A DNA stretch of 64,000 bases from Lingula anatina (Eukaryota > Animalia > Brachiopoda): the NCBI GenBank assembly GCA_051362555.1, contig CM120644.1, forward strand, positions 17,692,534-17,756,533. The letters run 5' to 3'. The number at the start of each line of letters is the position of its first letter. Position 1 is the first letter of the stretch. Under the pieces are notes generated by a model that was given only the letters and a program-made list of their open reading frames with translations, searched no databases and was not told the DNA's origin. Below, piece by piece: positions 24,479 through 37,319 of the stretch. Both the position numbers and the translations under genes were made by a program.

Positions 24479-24586
24479 ATATAAATCATAATGTAAACTG
24501 TATTGTATTATATTGTCTTATATCTAAATCCTAATATCATAATGCATAATAACATATAATAATTTATATTATGCATCTACTGGATC

Positions 24587-24937
24587 TTATACCTTACAGA
24601 TGTTTGAACCTACCTCCTGTCTCCGGGGTCCGCGAATGACATCTAAGAGACTTCTGTTCACTTTCATCTCTTTATTCATTTCAAAATTCTGGTAGTCGTT
24701 GGGCAGCATCTTGGTTTTATCGCCATTTCCACCGCGTAACAAATGATGTCTTCCAGGAACGTCGTCGCCTTCGAGCAGGATCGTCACTTCCATGTTCCTG
24801 CCGAACTTTAAGTATAACACAGTCATAATCAAAATGACGATCAGAAAACAGAGGGTCACTGTTTTGCTGGTGTCACTTTTTGAGTCCTTTTTTGTTTCCA
24901 GAATATTTTTTGTGTGTTTGCCATGGTCTACTTCCAT
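24587..24937 (-). CDS. Possible first exon or truncated gene for a type II membrane protein of unknown family
   Basis: ATG-initiated 116-aa ORF with a charged N-terminal tail, one hydrophobic span (VTLCFLIVILIMTVLYL) and a stem-like region. No downstream exons or family could be identified. Confidence 0.4.
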   Translation of the reverse strand: MEVDHGKHTKNILETKKDSKSDTSKTVTLCFLIVILIMTVLYLKFGRNMEVTILLEGDDVPGRHHLLRGGNGDKTKMLPNDYQNFEMNKEMKVNRSLLDVIRGPRRQEVGSNICKV

Positions 24938-25315
24938 TGTGCCCTCTGTAATAATAGTACGTGTTAATTTTAGATGAAGTTCCGATCAATTTTGCCCTCT
25001 TCGTATTTGTAGTAGCCTAATATTTTTCTACTAGACGCGAGCTGTGTGCATTCAAGTTGCACGTCTCTGTGCATGTACGGTATATATAGACCTATATAAA
25101 ACAGTGGCGCTGAGTCCCTTACCCTCCAATCCGATTCAGTCTAAGTCACATGACCTGCCTAGGTTCAGAGACCACCCTTCAATGCTTCACCGGCATTAGG
25201 TGAAAATAAACGGGTCACCGATTCACGTGAAATCCTCTGTGAAGGATTATAAAAAACGTCAGCGACCTGCATGTATTTACCATTTAAGGAAAAAGGGTCA
25301 GTACAGGTATATTAA

Positions 25316-25646
25316 AGGGATAACAACTGTTCTTTTTGGGAAATGGATGTGAATGTGAATGTGAATGAGGTGAATGGGTTTTCCCATACTTACGTATGGT
25401 AAATGAATCCATTCCGACATTTTAAGTAGTCCATGTTAATTTTTTTCTAAAAAGTTCGTTTTGTAATAAGCTCTTAAGAAATTACAGAGGTACAGCAATC
25501 TATGAAGGTTCACGCACATGTTGCTGAATTATTGCCATAACCGCTGTTTTGGTGGTGAAATGAAATGAAGTACTGAGTTGTTTACAATGTATTTATTGTG
25601 AAATATATGAGTCTTATAAGAACAGTATACATATGTTGTTATCCCT
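25316..25646. mobile_element. TTAA-specific (Kolobok-like) MITE
   Basis: ttaa|AGGGATAACAAC...GTTGTTATCCCT|ttaa. Confidence 0.8.
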
Positions 25647-26002
25647 TTAAGGTTGCGACTGTGACATCTTCATAAAGTGTACGTAGAATTATTTCAAGCC
25701 TTAATTTAGCTTTAAAATACTGGACAGCAAACCTAGCTGGAACACAGACACCAAAAAGCAAAACAAAAATTTCAACAGTATTTACTAAACAAAAACACTT
25801 TTGTGAAAACAGGGAATTCAATACCGTCTAGGCAGAAATGAAGGCAATGTACTGTAAACTGTTTTTAAAACTGTAAAGAAATCTATAAAAATTAAAGCCC
25901 CCTTCACCTCAACACACTGTTTAAGGGATTTGAACCGTACAGCGAATTAACTTTGCAGTGCATCACACAGTTTGCAGGTTGATATTAGCAAAAGGACGTT
26001 AA

Positions 26003-26395
26003 AGGTACATACGAACAGATCGAGCATCGGTGGAGCGTGGATTCCCGTTAACACATGTAAACCACTTTTGCTACTACTAGTTTCTTATACGACTCAAATG
26101 AATTCGACATGCGAAGGGATAAACTGAATAGATCACTCGATCAGCCGTAAAAGAGCTTTAGACTGCTCCTTTCTTTAAATTTTTGGTCAAAAATTTAACC
26201 TACTTTCGTGACCTACTTTTCTGCCCCATTGACATACAGCATAAAATGCTAGCAAAAAAATCCATTCAAACATCATTTTCAGGTAAAATTATACAATGCC
26301 ATTTGGTAACTCTCTTAGTTATACTACTTGAAATTATATGTTGGCATTTGGTTGGCTTTTGTGGCAAAAATATATAGCAAAAATTACATGCATCT
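26003..26395. mobile_element. TTAA-specific (Kolobok-like) MITE, copy 1
   Basis: ttaa|AGGTACATAC...ATGCATCT|ttaa; highly similar copy at 58218-58570. Confidence 0.8.
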
Positions 26396-26631
26396 TTAAA
26401 GAAGGCTCCATGCTTCAGGAATTCACATCACCAGGGCTCCCAAGTGAAAACCACTTATCATCTTGGTAAACAGTCAAAGAAGAGTGACATAGGATGCAAG
26501 AGCCATTGCATGGACAGTAGGTCAAAACTAGTGGCATTTTGTATTTTCTGATGACCGGCATCAGCGCTATATGATTTATTTCATGCTCTAATACATTTGG
26601 TTTGTAAGGCCGATTCATCTTCTAACCAAAA

Positions 26632-26662
<31 letters not shown>

Positions 26663-26867
26663 AAAAATTCGCGTCCTTACCTTCGAACGGTCACTCACTC
26701 ACTCAAAGGCCTTCTGTACAAATTAAGAAATGCCTAAATATTCTGCAAAGCTTCTTAATTATCCGTTCTAAGTCAAACATTTCAAACAAAAGAAGAAAAA
26801 AAAACCCAATGAAAATTCCCGAAATCAATATATCCTTCTGAAATGCCCGGTAGGCCTACCAGTATAA

Positions 26868-27138
26868 GAGCACATACAGAACAAGATGATCCGCGGACTA
26901 GTATTACATAATTTGTGTATGACTAAATATGGCTGACCCACTATTCTCCCAAAGGCCTCTCCGCCTCTGCACGAGCCGCCGCTGCAGGGACCTTGCAATT
27001 GAACCTCGTATACCGTTGAAGGGCGCTTGTGGAGGCAGGGCGACCATTAGGGGATTAAGAGACTTGCTTTTAAGCGGAGTCGGCCATATTTAATCGGCGG
27101 ATCAGTTAGTTCGCGGATCATATGTTCTGAATGCGCCC
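26868..27138. mobile_element. Harbinger-type MITE (GAGCACAT family)
   Basis: gagcacatacagaac...gttctgaatgcgccc TIRs preceded by TAA. Confidence 0.75.
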
Positions 27139-27439
27139 ATAATGAATCGTGATTCGAGACCTTTAAATAAAAAACGGCTTAAAACAACGCAGCGTAGCAA
27201 CGTCAGCGGCGAGACGAGCAATGATTCACGAATATGAGATAATCTCTACTTCTTCTTTTGGAAAATTAATCTATGTGAACTTCCCATATAAAATATGCCT
27301 GTAACACTAGTCTGTACTTTCAAAGGGCTGCGGTAAGGTCACGTGCAAACAATTGCAAGGTAAACGGGAGTGGCATTATGCGTTTTATAACTTGAAAAAA
27401 TCAATATCATACAGAACTGTCGATCACCTGAGCTAGCCT

Positions 27440-27676
27440 CAGTGGCGGCTTTAGAAGGGGGTGGGCCAGGGGGTCCTGAGCCCCCCTTCGGTTTCTGAAA
27501 AAAACCCACACTAATATTCCCCTCTTGGAATTAGAATTTTGACTAGCTGATTTATAGCGGGGCCTAGGCCTACTAAACCGTACCAAATAGCACCGCTTGC
27601 CATCTAAAATACCAAAAAAAAAAAAAAAAAAGAAAAAAATTCAGGAGGGGGAGGTAATAAGCTGGATTCGCCCCTG
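27440..27676. mobile_element. hAT-like MITE with ~8-bp target duplication
   Basis: cagtggcgg...attcgcccctg flanked by gctagcct / gctagccc. Confidence 0.7.
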
Positions 27677-28758
27677 GCTAGCCCGAGACGGTTATTTGAA
27701 CAACAACCAGTTTTTTGTGAAAGGAGCTCCTACTGGGTCAACTCTTGAATAAATATTATAATATGTATTATATGTAGTCAACCTGATATAGCGCACTTAG
27801 CAACTACCCTCTACCAGGGCGACAGTTGTCTGGAATTTTGAACCCTTTTAAACTGAATTCATGGTCAAGTGTACATATAAGAACTAATTTAACTAAATCA
27901 TTATGAATTACTGCACACAAGACACAAGTTAAGATATTGGCTTTTGCCTAACGATGAAGATAGGCTATAGTGAAGAGATTAGTGTCAGGTTATCTCTGAA
28001 GCTCAGGGTGTCTGCCTGTGCATCAGACGTGTAATTACAGTGCCCTACTACCTATGTGATTCCAAACAAAATTATTTTGCCTTTAGCTCAATGTTGGGTC
28101 ACTGTAAATCACTGTGCCCCTGGTTTTATTTAATCATTCCAACAACTCTATCACAGAATCTACTGGCCAGGATTCATACAGACACATAAGAACATTAATT
28201 GGCTTCCAAGGACTTTTTAAGGCTCTAATTCAAATAATGTTCAATGATTTTTTACTAATGAGGGCAAGTTATACATTAATACAGTTATTTTAAAGTGTAG
28301 CCTACTGTACATACCAAAGGAAAAAGGACTCAATTCATTTAAACTTTGTCTTTGTAACACATTGATGATGAAAAGTTGAAAATACAAGTACAAGTAATGA
28401 GCTTTTAATTTGTGTATTTGGATAAAGATATCGTTAGTTGGGCATGTTTTCTGAAGAATATGTTCCGTTCAGGCCATTCTGACGGCAAGACGCAAATCCT
28501 TTAAAAGGTACGTGTTACCCCCATCTGTGAATTATTGTCTGTATTCAAGCCTGTATAGCCCACAACAGTGTGCCTGTGTAAACAAAGAAAGTATGGTAAA
28601 CAAGCTTGCTTTATACACCGGTATAATGGCCCAGCTGGTGGTAGTCTGGAGTCCCGGTGTCACGTGAAGAAACCGCCGTCGTGAATAAACCGTTCTGACG
28701 GATTATTCACGCGGGGGTAGCAGTCTGTTGACTTACAGTACGTAGCTGCACATACATT

Positions 28759-29047
28759 TCCAACATTTCCCCGTAGAGAAAGTTGTACTGTTATCAAACA
28801 CACAATTTCTTTTTAATGAAAATGACTGAACTCTGAATTGAAAGAACATTGTAGAGTGAAAACATTTATACTACGAGCCTTAGATCTACCACGTTTTTCA
28901 CACAGAGCAAAACAGTTCAGTCACGATCAAAAGCTCACTTCCAACATTCCCCCGTATACTGTAGTAATGAGATTATCAAATTCATACTCTCTCATGGCAA
29001 AAACCACTGAATTATGAATTGAAAGATCATAGTTCAGTGCAAACATT
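28759..29047. repeat. Diverged ~110-bp direct repeat upstream of the SRD5A3-like gene
   Basis: ttccaacatt(t/c)cccgta...ttatcaaa...actgaa...tgaattgaaaga...aaacatt occurs at ~28759 and ~28939. Confidence 0.6.
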
Positions 29048-29059
29048 GCGCCTACTTAG

Positions 29060-29120
29060 GACGACATCGTCATACCGGAAGTTACTTCTTTCAATCTACC
29101 CTCAATGCGCATGTGCAGAA
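29060..29120 (+). promoter_or_regulatory. Candidate housekeeping-type promoter of the SRD5A3-like gene
   Basis: CpG-rich stretch with CCGGAAG (ETS-type) and TGCGCATGTGCA (NRF1-like) motifs ~140-170 bp before the ATG; motif match only. Confidence 0.4.
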
Positions 29121-29245
29121 CGGTTTCGTCACGGCACGGGTCTATCACGCCACACCGGTCCTTCACCTGTACAAAACGCCTTTCTCTTGTCTTCGCGTAC
29201 AATGCCCTCTATCGTCACAGAAAACAACGTAATTGGGTCACAAAA

Positions 29246-31998
29246 ATGTTTTCGAGCAGACCGCTGGATTATATTTTGATGCTTTATGTCGCTGTAGAAA
29301 TTTGTATCGGACTCGTTTTAGTTTTCACGGGCGTGCATATAGGCAAAGCGAAGAAGGCAAAACCTAGGGATGACTCCTTGTTGGCCCAAGTGACGTTTAT
29401 TTGGAGGTAATGCGTGTTCATTTGATCGGCAAGCTTGCACTAGTGTCTGCGGACAGTCTTGTCATTACAGAGGAGAAATCAACGCAATAAGTAGAGCATA
29501 TCCTGTGGTCACTGTTATATCGATGGACTGGTCAGTGCAGTGCAGTGCGTCTAGTAAAGTTGTATTCCGTTGGGGTGTATTTTAGAATTTTAATGTTGAT
29601 CATCGGAGATAGCAAATGGAAAGGTTGTCCTTAATTAATTTTTTTCACTGTAGACCTACATGTGTACTACTAGCAGTAGTGCTAGTGGTTTGTACTAGTT
29701 ACAACACGAGTACTTAGTCCACTGTATGGGACCATTCAGATCGAGAAGAGCCGAATGCTAGCAAGGCCACGACCTAAATTTGGTGGACTTATAGTACTAT
29801 ACATGAAAGGAAGACCGCTTAAGCCTGTAATGGTCTCTCCGCCTCTCACAACAGGCCTACCCTCCACCTCTCACATGCATGGGGAGATGTGTGAGAGGCA
29901 GATGACATCCCCCCCCCCCCCCCCCCAGCGTATGGTTTGTAGAATTGCGAAAATGATGATTAAAATAGTTGACCCCTCAGTCTGACCTGTATTTAATGAC
30001 TGTGATTATATTTCAGACCTGTTGTATACTACATCCTAAGTCTGTCCTGGTTGAGCTGGCTAGGTATCAATGTCTTTGGTGCCTATATGTTGGACTGGAA
30101 TGTGCCTTATACCCAGGTTATACTGCAGTATGTAGCACAGCCTCATCATAACAGTACAGGTAATATATAAGAGCACATTCAGAACAGATAATCTGCGGAC
30201 TAACTGATCCGTGGACTAAATATGGCCGACCCCTCTGAAAAGCAAGTCACATAATCCCCTGATGGTCTCCCTGCCTCCACACGTGCCATTAAATGGATTA
30301 AGCCTCAGCTCCAAGACTTAATTGCTCGGCCCCTGTACCAGTAGGAACGGTGCATATGGAGGCAGGGAGACCATCAAGGCATTATGATTAGTCTGCATTA
30401 CTTTTAAGCGAGTCTGCCATATTTGATCCGCAGATCTATAAGTTAACAAAGTTTGTTCTGAATGTGCCCTAAAAACTTCCCTTAATTGCACCAGTCCAAC
30501 CCCTGACATACACCCCCGAAACTCCCTGTGTATTTTGAAATGATAATTTTAAATACATTTTATATCAAACTTTGAAATTTGACAAATGGTATCTGTATGT
30601 GTAAGTCATAGTTTTATAAAGTACTTAATATTTGTGTAAGCAAGTGATAATTGAATTCCATCCATCTTATGTCAAACTTTGAAGAAATTTCACAACTGAT
30701 ATCTATGTATAAATTATTTTGATACTTTTTATAAAAAAATTTTGTGGTACTTCAACAAATGAAATCAGTGCATGGAAATTAAGCCTCATTCCCTGAAGAA
30801 GATGTCCTGATAGACATCGAAATATTGGAGGTAAAATCTCAATATTAGCTGTTGACTGAAGAAAAAAATCACATCATTATGATAACTTAAAACAGTTGAT
30901 GAAATTCTTCTCTGATGGAAATTAAAATTTTAAATATTTGATGTTACAGATGCTTTATCTACCATGATCGGCCTTTCCATGCTGATATGCCAACATGTAC
31001 GTCGACTTGATGAGTGCCTGCACCTGAACATATACACAAGTGTGCACATGAACATTCTCCCCCATGTGATGCAATATCTGCTTCCAGTCTTCCTGGGGCT
31101 AAGTCTAGTGGCTGAGGGACCCCCTCTGGAGAGACAAGGTAAGGGAAGTTAGTTCTCTGCCTTGGGCTAAGTCTGGTAGCTGAAGGACCACCTCTGGAAG
31201 CAAGGAAGTTAGTTAAGAAGTTAGTGGACTAACTAGTCCGAGGGTCAAATATGGCGACCCACTAAAAAGCTCAGTAATAGACACTGTAATAGAATCGATT
31301 CCCCGTGGGCTTTTTTTTCCCTTCTTTCTTTGTCTTTCTTAAAGCATGTACTTGTTTCATTTTTCAAAATCATTTCAGGTAAAATAATAAAACATATTTT
31401 CTTGAATAAGAAGTCATCATTGACTTGAAAATCCATTATGATGACGGGACATAAATTAGATGTTGGTGCTGTTGCTTAATGACTAAAATTAAAGCATCTT
31501 GAAATAATTAAATGTTTGAAGAAACTGGTGTTAGAAATTTATGGGTAATTACCAAAGGCCCCATTCAGAATGGATGCTATGAGTACTTACTGATCTGCTG
31601 ACTAAATATGTTCAAAAGCAATGCCACTGAATCCAAATGGTCTCCCCAACTCCATACGCACCTTTAAATGGATTAAATCTCTGCTTCGAGGTTTAATTAC
31701 TAGCCCCCTGCAGCGACGGCACATGTGAAGATGGGGAGACCATCAGGAATCATGGGAATTGCTTTTGAACATATTTAGTCGGCGGATCAGTAAATAGTTG
31801 GATCATCCATTTTGAATGGGGGTCATATACCAGTACATGAATCTGTTCTTTCAGGTCTCTTACACCTGATATGCTGCATCAACTGGTATCACCCTGTGGG
31901 GATCATGGTCTTCATCCTGGCCTCTAAACACCAGCACATCTGCTACAGCATACTGACCAGCCTGAGGAAAGACAAGTCAGGTGAGTCACAGGGTGCAG

Positions 31999-32059
<61 letters not shown>

Positions 32060-32165
32060 CTGTGTGTGTGTGAGAGAGAGAGAGTGTGTGTGTGTGTGAG
32101 AGAGAGAATGTGTGTGTGTGTGTATGTGAGAGAGAGAGAGAGAGTGAGTGTGTGTGTGTGTATGT

Positions 32166-32216
<51 letters not shown>

Positions 32217-32551
32217 GCACATATATGATATATAGGTCAATGTGTAAATTAAAAAACACTAAAAACTACTCCAAATCATTCATTTCAGGTCAAATAGTTT
32301 CCACAGGGTACAAAGTTCCCAGGGGGGACTGGTTTGGCTGGATTTCCTGCCCCCATCTCTTCGCTGACATCCTCATCTACACCGCCATAGGGATCTGCCT
32401 GGGACTGAGACAGAGAGCCTGGTGCCTGTGTACCCTGCATCTCCTGGTGCATCACATCTTCTATGCACTGCATATCCATAGGAGGTATGGGGTGGTCTTC
32501 AAGAAGGAGTATCCCACCGACAGGGCGGCCCTCATACCATTTCTGTTGTAG
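29246..32551 (+). CDS. SRD5A3: Polyprenol/polyprenal reductase-like (steroid 5-alpha-reductase 3 family), 5 exons, divergent
   Basis: Exons 29246..29406, 30017..30159, 30950..31138, 31855..31980 and 32289..32551, GT-AG and in phase. Motifs QHVRRLDECL, ASKHQHICYSILTSLRK, YKVPRGDWFGWISCPHLFADILIY and YPTDRAALIPFLL* are characteristic of the SRD5A3/DFG10 family. Confidence 0.85.
30171..30469. mobile_element. Harbinger-type MITE in SRD5A3-like intron 2
   Basis: gagcacattcagaac...gttctgaatgtgccc with TAA on both sides. Confidence 0.85.
31557..31824. mobile_element. Harbinger-type MITE in SRD5A3-like intron 3
   Basis: ggccccattcagaatggatg...catccattttgaatgggggtc TIRs. Confidence 0.75.
32002..32212. 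repeat. Compound (AG)n/(TG)n microsatellite in SRD5A3-like intron 4
   Basis: Direct reading. Confidence 0.95.
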
Positions 32552-32654
32552 CAGTGTTGTGAAAGAAAGAGTATTTCTTTATGAAATTGAGGTTGTAGTG
32601 GTCAGTCATTCCTATATATTACTTTGGGAACATTTACGATGAATTTTATTGACC

Positions 32655-32880
32655 TTTCTAATGTACACTAACTCCACAAAAACTCTTGCTGAATTCAATC
32701 AGATTAACAGTCTTACGCCCCTCTTGTTCCTAGTGTATTTGCATAATCGCCAGCTTTCTATATTCTACTCAATCCCAGATGGAGGCGTGCTAGTTTGTTA
32801 ATCTGATTGCATTCAGCAAGAGTCCTTGTGGAGTTAGTGCACATAAGCCAAGTTGACAAAATTCATTGTGAATGGTCTCT
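32655..32880. mobile_element. MITE remnant downstream of the SRD5A3-like stop; relatives at 44622-44928 and 45411-45598
   Basis: Internal inverted repeat actaactccacaaaaactcttgctgaattcaatcaga / tctgattgcattcagcaagagtccttgtggagttagt. Confidence 0.65.
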
Positions 32881-33316
32881 TGGTATATTGGGATTAGGTG
32901 GCTGGCTTTTCCCACTTTTAAGCAATTTGACAATGACAATGTGTCGGGGGGGGGGGGGGGGGAAGAGATAATAAATGGACAAATACTTAAAGATAAAAAC
33001 AAATAACTGAAAGAATATTGTATCTCTGTTGCCGTGGTAATTCCAGTCAAGGATATTCCTCTGAAACGGATGCCTTTAAACCAGGTACCTCTAAATTAAC
33101 AGGGGGTGGTAAGGCATTATAACATGGCTTATATTTCAAAGCAATGGTTTGTAGAATTTAAGGAGAAATTCTCTATAATGCTAGTTCACTTTTGTTTTCT
33201 TTGATTATTTTGTGGCAATTGGGCAATAAGAAAAATCAATATAAGCGAGACTCCAATTTACAGAGTGCCTCATTGTGTACTAGTACATAAATAACAGTAT
33301 TTTCTAAAATATACTC

Positions 33317-33367
<51 letters not shown>

Positions 33368-35570
33368 GGAAAATGTTTATAAATTTCACACTCATTTGGG
33401 TTCTATAGTGTTCTAAGTTTTTAACTGGTGATGCTGAATTTCTTATTTTGCTAATTATTTCCATTTCTAGTGGTATCTCTGATCAGTTTTGAACGTGTAA
33501 GGTTTCATTCCAAGTTTTAACAGGTGTTAAATTTTAATGTCTGCTTTTGCAGTGTTGATTTCACTGTGTTAAACATTTTGTTATATACATGAGATTATAT
33601 GTATACCATATATTTAAAGTGGAACATTCCCACTGTTAGATAATTTGATGTGAAAGGTTTTAGATTGTAAGAAGCATATTACATAAATTTTACTTTCAAG
33701 TCAAAAGGTTTACATTACTTTGTCCAGTTTAACTTATTTTGTAAGAGTTTCAATATAGGTTTAGGCCAAGGGCATATCATGATCTAGTACATGTATTCAG
33801 AATAATAAACAAGGCAAGTTCCTATGAACCTGGACCCCAATACAAGGACATGGGGCCCTAAGTAGCATTCAGCATTCCTTCCTGTTATCACCAGCTGAAA
33901 AAAAGTAAAAAAAAAATCTGTGATTATTTTAACATAGAATCTCTGCAGCAGCAATTTGTTATTTTATAAATGTATTAATGATTAATGAGTTTGATAAAAT
34001 TTACCATTCGGATAAATCTAACTGCATGCCAGCTGAAGCTCAGGGTGCTGGAGTTAATAGATATATCAGTTAACACATCCATTTGCAGATATAGAAAACT
34101 GTACTTTTTTGTTTCAACGTGGATTCGAACCCATTTAGTCATAGTATGTTACGACAGCTTTTGTTAATAGATATGGTGCAATATATTATTATTGTTTTGA
34201 CATTCCATACCTCATATAATTAGAGGACTTTAAATGTTTTTTGTGATATGCCTATGTTTAACTTTTGACGAATGGGACGTTTTATTCGTCCAAGGTCCGA
34301 GGTGCCTCAAGGGATTGTATTAATGCGTCTTGTTTCTTGTGTATTAATTTATAACAATTAGAAAGTAAGACGGTAAAATTGTTGTCTAAGCAAACGTAGT
34401 TTGTAAATGCAGAATTGCAGTTTAAGTGGTAGCTGTAACTTAAAAGTCAATTTTTATGTTTTTATGTGTGTCAGACAAATCGCAAATAGATGAACATTGT
34501 ATTTTTAAAGAAAGCAATGTGGCATGAAATGTTCATACATGTGTACACACACAAACAAGCTGGGCCGTATTATGCGAAAAGCATGACTGGGTCTTAAAAA
34601 TAGAGTCAAAATTCTCATACAACATGAAAACAGCAGGTACACAAGTTGTATTTTGGCAAAACTCATGTCGCCACACATTGAAATGGCTAATAATCGTGTA
34701 AGCAAAAACCGGGAATGGAGCCTGTTTGGCCCCTAAAACGGTGTATGACAGATTATTATACAGCTGTTCCAATGACCTCTGCAGTATGCACATATCAAAA
34801 ATGGACCCGCAAGGCTTGCTGGGCTACTGTTCGTTATATTTAAAAAGTAATCTGAAAATGAACCCACTAAATCTTCATGTGACAATGTCACATACTCTTA
34901 TAAAGGTGACCCAATATCATCTGAACTCGGGAGAATGTAATATGGAACGACGAGACTTGATATGTGGCTGGTGGTGGGCATTGAAAGAAGTCTACGGCAA
35001 CAAGTGAAAAATCAAAACTCTTAACACCATATGTCGATACTAATGTTTGATCAACCCGCAAGACTTGCTGGGCTGATGACTGTCCAGTACAGAGGTAGCC
35101 TTTAAAGGACCTGTAAAGTCATGCGCAATGACTACCCACATACAATTTCTTCTCCCTTTCCTCTGGATTAGGAAGATGGTGTGGATGCTGCAATGCGTGG
35201 ACCACAGATTGACATAAGCAACAGCCGTCCTTCAGTTGAAGATGTAAAAGTTTAACTTGTAAAAGACAAGACTCCAACCATTCGTTGCTCTAGACGAATA
35301 CATCCAAAGATTTTACTGTGGCATTACTGGTAGGCGACTCCACCCATTCATTGCTCTAGATGAATACATCCAAAGATTTCACTGTGGCATTACTGGTAGG
35401 CGTCTGTGTACTGGCACATTCGCTGGGCAGTGGTGCTCTTGACAGGTATACAACACTGAAAAATCAAAGTAAAAACGCACGCAGTATGATGGTCAAATAT
35501 AATGCAAGCAAAGTTCGGTCAGCAGAGGAGACAAATGTGGTATGAAGGAGGAGACGGGGATGGTGGTGGG

Positions 35571-35827
35571 TGAAATTTTTTGAACTGAAGATTTCAGTTG
35601 CAGATTTGAGATAACTTGTAGCTTGATTGTATCATACTCGTGAACAGAATGAATCAAGCAAAATGAGGCCAGGCAGTGATGCCCCATGGTATAAGTAGCA
35701 ACATGTGCCTCAAAGGAGATTACCCCTCTAGGGCACAATTGAGCATGTGCAGAATGCCCATGTGCATAAATAAGCTCTGGAGATTGTTGTCGCCATAAAA
35801 TGTCGTTTGACTACGCCAAACTTTCCT
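35571..35827. repeat. 257-bp direct repeat, left copy
   Basis: Appears identical to 40600-40856 (offset 5029); the ORF track shows the same peptide in both. Confidence 0.95.
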
Positions 35828-36359
35828 TTATGTCTCCTCCATCTCAGTGTACCACAAACTTTTATAGTCTCATTCATAGCAAGAAAGAAGGCAACAAGGA
35901 ATATTGTTTGTTTGTGATTTGGCCAAACCAGGCCGCTTTTATTATACAACTCCTCTATCCTAATGGTATTAACAATAATAACAATGTAGCAAATTGTTGC
36001 CTGTATTAAATGTTATGGCCTTAGGGATAAAAATTATATATCAAATATTCAATGAGACTCATCATCCTAAAAATTACCATGCGACGAGTCAGCAAAAGTT
36101 ATTATTTACCAACAATTTTGCACAAATTTCATTTGTGGGGTTGCAAAGAGGCCATAACCTTGACTGGTGCAAATGCACTGGGCAAGGAAAACCCCACAAA
36201 GGAAAGAATGAAGTAATCCGATGCAGTTTGGAGAACAATGAACTTGCACAAAAATAATGGCAATTAGTAAAAGGAAAATGAGTAAGTAAATGAATTATGA
36301 AAGCGTGCATGCACATACACAAACTTTTGATAGTGGGGAAAAAGATAAATAACCCTGTA

Positions 36360-37170
36360 AAGAAGGCATGCCTATTGACCCGTCACAGTAGGGAAGAAAG
36401 TATAAATAAGTAAACAAATATGTCATAAAAGCATGCCACTCAACCCGACGTAGCGAGGAGGATAATATAAATAAATAAATAAATAAATATGTCATAAAAG
36501 CATGCCACTCAACCCGACGTAGCGAGGAGGATAATATAATTAAATAGATAAATAAATATGTCATAAAAGCATGCCACCCAACCCGACGTAGCGGGGAGGA
36601 TAGTAAATAAATGTCATAAAAGCATGCCACTCAACCCGACGTAGCGGGGAGGATAATATATATAAATAAATGTCATAAAAGCATGACGCTCAACCCGACG
36701 TAGCGGGGAGGATAATATAATTAAATAAATAAATAAATAAATATGTCATAAAAGCATGCCACTCAACCCGACGTAGCGGGGAGGATAGTAAATAAATGTC
36801 ATAAAAGCATGCCGCTCAACCCGACATAGCGGGGAGAATATAAATAAATACATAAATATGTCATAAAAGCATGCCACTCAACCCGACGTAGCGGGGAGGA
36901 TAATATAAATAAATAAATAAGCATGTCATGAAAGCATCACACTCAACCCGACGTAGCGGGGAGGATAATATAAATAAATAAATAAATAAACATCTCATAA
37001 AAGCATGCCACTCAACCTGACGTAGCGGGTGAGGAAAATATAAATAAATAAACAAGTATGTCCTAAAAGCATGCCACTTTACCCAACATACTGATGAGGA
37101 ACGCATAAGTAAATAAAGAACTATGTTGGAAAAGCATGCCATTAGTCCCGATGCAGTAGGAAATAAAATA
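36360..37170. repeat. Minisatellite of ~13 units: constant ~40-bp core plus variable (AAAT)n linker
   Basis: Core GTCATAAAAGCATGCCACTCAACCCGACGTAGCG(G/A)GGAGGA recurs every ~50-73 bp; outer units are diverged. Confidence 0.95.
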
Positions 37171-37319
37171 TAAATAAATAAACTGACTGTGGCATAGAAA
37201 GATGCCAGAAAAATTAAGTTGAAATGACATTAATGCTTTATGAGAAAATTAAATAAATAAATAAATAAACGAAATGGAGAGGTCTGAAACTGTGCAGCAT
37301 GCATGGTGTATAAGGGGGC

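Noticed and set aside
29105-29245. Upstream in-frame ATG extending the SRD5A3-like protein
   Set aside because: Lies within the promoter-like motif cluster; ATG 29246 has better context (aaaaATG) and gives a family-typical length
31924-32259. SL/HT-repeat ORFs
   Set aside because: Dinucleotide microsatellite artefacts
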